Below are positions 61,477-64,000 of a stretch of DNA of 64,000 nucleotides, in pieces. The stretch covers positions 26,908,001 to 26,972,000 of the forward strand of contig CM060733.1 in assembly GCA_030704615.1 (NCBI GenBank), read 5' to 3'. Below the pieces are notes generated by a model. That model made no database searches, had not been told where the DNA came from, and saw only the letters and a program-made list of their open reading frames with translations. Origin of the DNA: Takakia lepidozioides. Its lineage: Eukaryota; Plantae; Bryophyta. Within the stretch, counting starts at the first letter, position 1. The number at the start of each line of letters is the position of its first letter. The position numbers and the translations under genes are program-made.

Positions 61477-64000
61477 ATGGCAGCTGCAGCTATAGAGCAG
61501 GCGCCAGCAGGGATGGCAGCATCGACAGGGAAGGCGCTTCTCAAGAACCTTCATACGCGTGAATTTGTCGGACACAAGAAGAAGGTTAGTCTCTATCCGT
61601 GAGGTATGTGGTCCTGAGGAGAAAGGGGGAAAGTTGGGGAATTTGGAGTTGTAGTCACGCTACTAGATTCTTACGTGGCTCCAGGAGTTTCACCCGAAAG
61701 GTGCGCCTGCTGTCACTGTGACGTTTGCAAGTTTTGTTCCTACTTATCCCTCTTAGACACAGGCTCATCAAGGGTCCTGACCACAATCTCTTGAGAATGT
61801 TTGGGAAGAGATTACAGGTTTCACTAAAATTCACTTTTAGACCATTCCAAAGCTTCATCATGTGGTTTAGGTTAGTCTCTCCAGGAGTGAGAGGACCTTC
61901 TAAAGTAGGAATCCGGACATGTTCATGGCTATGGTGGTTCGCCTGCTATATTCTGATCTCGATTCGCACTTTCCATCTTTGTTAACACTCTTTTGGGACT
62001 GAATTGTTTTACAAAGGCAAATTGGTAAGGCTATGGGGTAGTAGAAAATTGTTTGGTTAATCCTCGCATTATGCTTCTCCAGGTACATAGTTTTGGAATC
62101 GGCTCCATTCTGTATGGTTGGAACTGCATTGATCTGTACAATGGCTTGAACTGTATTTAAACTCCATCCCCATGCTTCACTGCATGAGGGATGATCACAT
62201 GCTATCAGGTGCATTCAGTGGCGTGGAATTGTACGGGAAAGAAGCTTGCATCAGGATCTGTTGACCAGACAGCCCGCATTTGGCACATTGAGCCCCATGG
62301 CCATGTATGTACCCCCCCTTTTTCTCTAAAACCAAAAGGAATCAAGATTCTGGTTATCATCGAAGTCTGTCCTCGCGTTGAGATGTGGTGGATGGGTTTG
62401 GTGTGGGAGGCCAGAGCAAAGCAAAGGATATGGAGTTGAAAGGTCACACTGATAGTGTGGACCAGCTACGTTGGGACCCAAAGCATGCAGACTTACTGGC
62501 TACAGCATCTGGTGACAAGACTGTTCGTCTCTGGGATGTCCGCAGTGAGTACTTATAATGTATTCCCCGTGCTTAACCGCACCCCCAAACTCTCTCTCTC
62601 TCACTCTGGTCTTGAGCTCTTTGTTCTTGGTCCCCAGCATGAGGCTTTCGATCCATGATGAATACTTAGGATTTTGTCTGTTTGATGGTGACGAGTGGAA
62701 CTATACAGAGAATATCCTTGTACCTGCTTTTGTCCTGAACAAGGAATGAGGATTGTTGTTGCAGCTGGTAAATGCTCACAGCAGGTTGAGTTGAGTGGAG
62801 AGAACATCAATATAACCTTCAAGCCTGACGGCTGTCATATTGCCGTCGGTAATCGGGTCAGCACCACTTTCCTCTCCTCTGTTTGGTGTTCTATGCAGTA
62901 CATTGGCTGCTCTTGGTAAAAGTTAGAGGAGGGTTGGTCCTGACCTGGTCCTAATACAAAAGTTCCATTTTTAGCACATGGGAGTTCATAATTTTTTTCC
63001 AATCAATAACTATCCATGTGACAACAAGGATGGTGTGAAACGAGTAAGACCTAATTGTTCCTAAAGCCTCCAGGCTTCTCTCAAGCAGTTAAGATACATG
63101 TATTTTGGACTGTAATACATTCTTGAGATGGGTATGCCTTCTTTGTTCAGGAAAGTCTCTTTTGTGATAAAATAGTATGTTCCAGAAGGTTATTTTCTTG
63201 CTCTGCATCAGATTTAATATATTTATGGGTCTCAAGATTCAAAATGGTTCTAAGGTTGTCAAAAATTGGGGCTAAAAAGAGAGGACTGCTGCAATAGTTC
63301 ATCATGGGAAACTCACACATCTCAGCTGGAAGTGGTCTGTTGAGGGGGCAGGTTTTCTGTTACATACAGGAGAAACTCAATGTTTTTCATCAGCTCTTAT
63401 GGGTTGTGCAGGATGATGAGTTGACAATTATTGATGTCCGCAAATTTAAAGCCATTCATAAACGAAAATTCACATATGAGGTAATGTTAAGCCCAGACCA
63501 AAGGCAAGCTTGACTGTCGATGAAATTTTTACTGTTTGATATATGTTCTTTGTAACTGAATGACATGGTGATTGGCTTTGTGGCATTGCACAGGTGAATG
63601 AAATAGCGTGGAATACATCTGGTGAACTTTTCTTTCTTACCACAGGAAACGGTAAGCACATGTTTCATTTGCTTCTGTGCACCTTAAATGCCTTGTAGGA
63701 CGCACTGCAAATTGTATGGACCTCATCTTCCCCTGTTGTTTCCATCTGTCAGCCTTGGAATAGTTTTCTCCAGATAAGGTGTAGTCTCTGTGCTGGAATG
63801 GGTATGTTGGTAAACTCTGGATTGGCAGGTTTTCTGCTTGCGCAAACAGCTAATCTGCCAAGCTCACTATTTCCTGCTGAGATTCTCTAGAGTTCGTTTG
63901 CCACAAAATTTTGTCTCACTGATGTTGGCCACAAACTTAAATTGATTAGACATGGGATTAGTGCTCATCTTCAATAAGTTCCTTGAAAGAGGAGAAGATG
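61477..64000 (+). CDS. TEX1: THO complex subunit 3 / TEX1 (WD40), 5' part, truncated by the window end
   Basis: KNLHTREFVGHKKK|VHSVAWNCTGKKLASGSVDQTARIWHIEPHGH|SKAKDMELKGHTDSVDQLRWDPKHADLLATASGDKTVRLWDVR|GKCSQQVELSGENINITFKPDG|DDELTIIDVRKFK|VNEIAWNTSGELFFLTTGN across six GT-AG exons. Confidence 0.95.

Overview
Eukaryotic nuclear DNA from a land plant, with GT-AG spliced genes. A non-seed plant such as a bryophyte or lycophyte is my inference from gene and transposon content and is not proven. Hand-spliced host genes in order: F-box protein (-), BAHD acyltransferase (-), SNX2 (-), TAF13 (-) head-to-head with the exosome subunit RRP41L/MTR3 (+), SFR2 (+), a LysM plus transmembrane protein with a plastid-like N-terminus (+), and a CYP722-like P450 (-) head-to-head with TEX1/THOC3 (+, runs off the window). 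Three otherwise complete genes carry single inactivating lesions: frameshifts in the F-box gene and SNX2, and a stop at the ExxR glutamate of the P450. Two orphan exons (RAD6/UBC2 exon 1 and a PRAF/RLD BRX last exon) lie in the repeat-rich 18.2-29.7 kb interval. The most unusual items are two transposon relics: (i) an intron-containing DDE integrase of the IS3EU/'integrase core' type at about 7.6-9.7 kb, and (ii) a split Dualen/RandI-like non-LTR retrotransposon at 26.6-29.3 kb with RNase H, a restriction-like endonuclease, and a segment resembling the PCIF1/CAPAM adenine methyltransferase core. Family calls come from motif recognition by eye; no database search was run.
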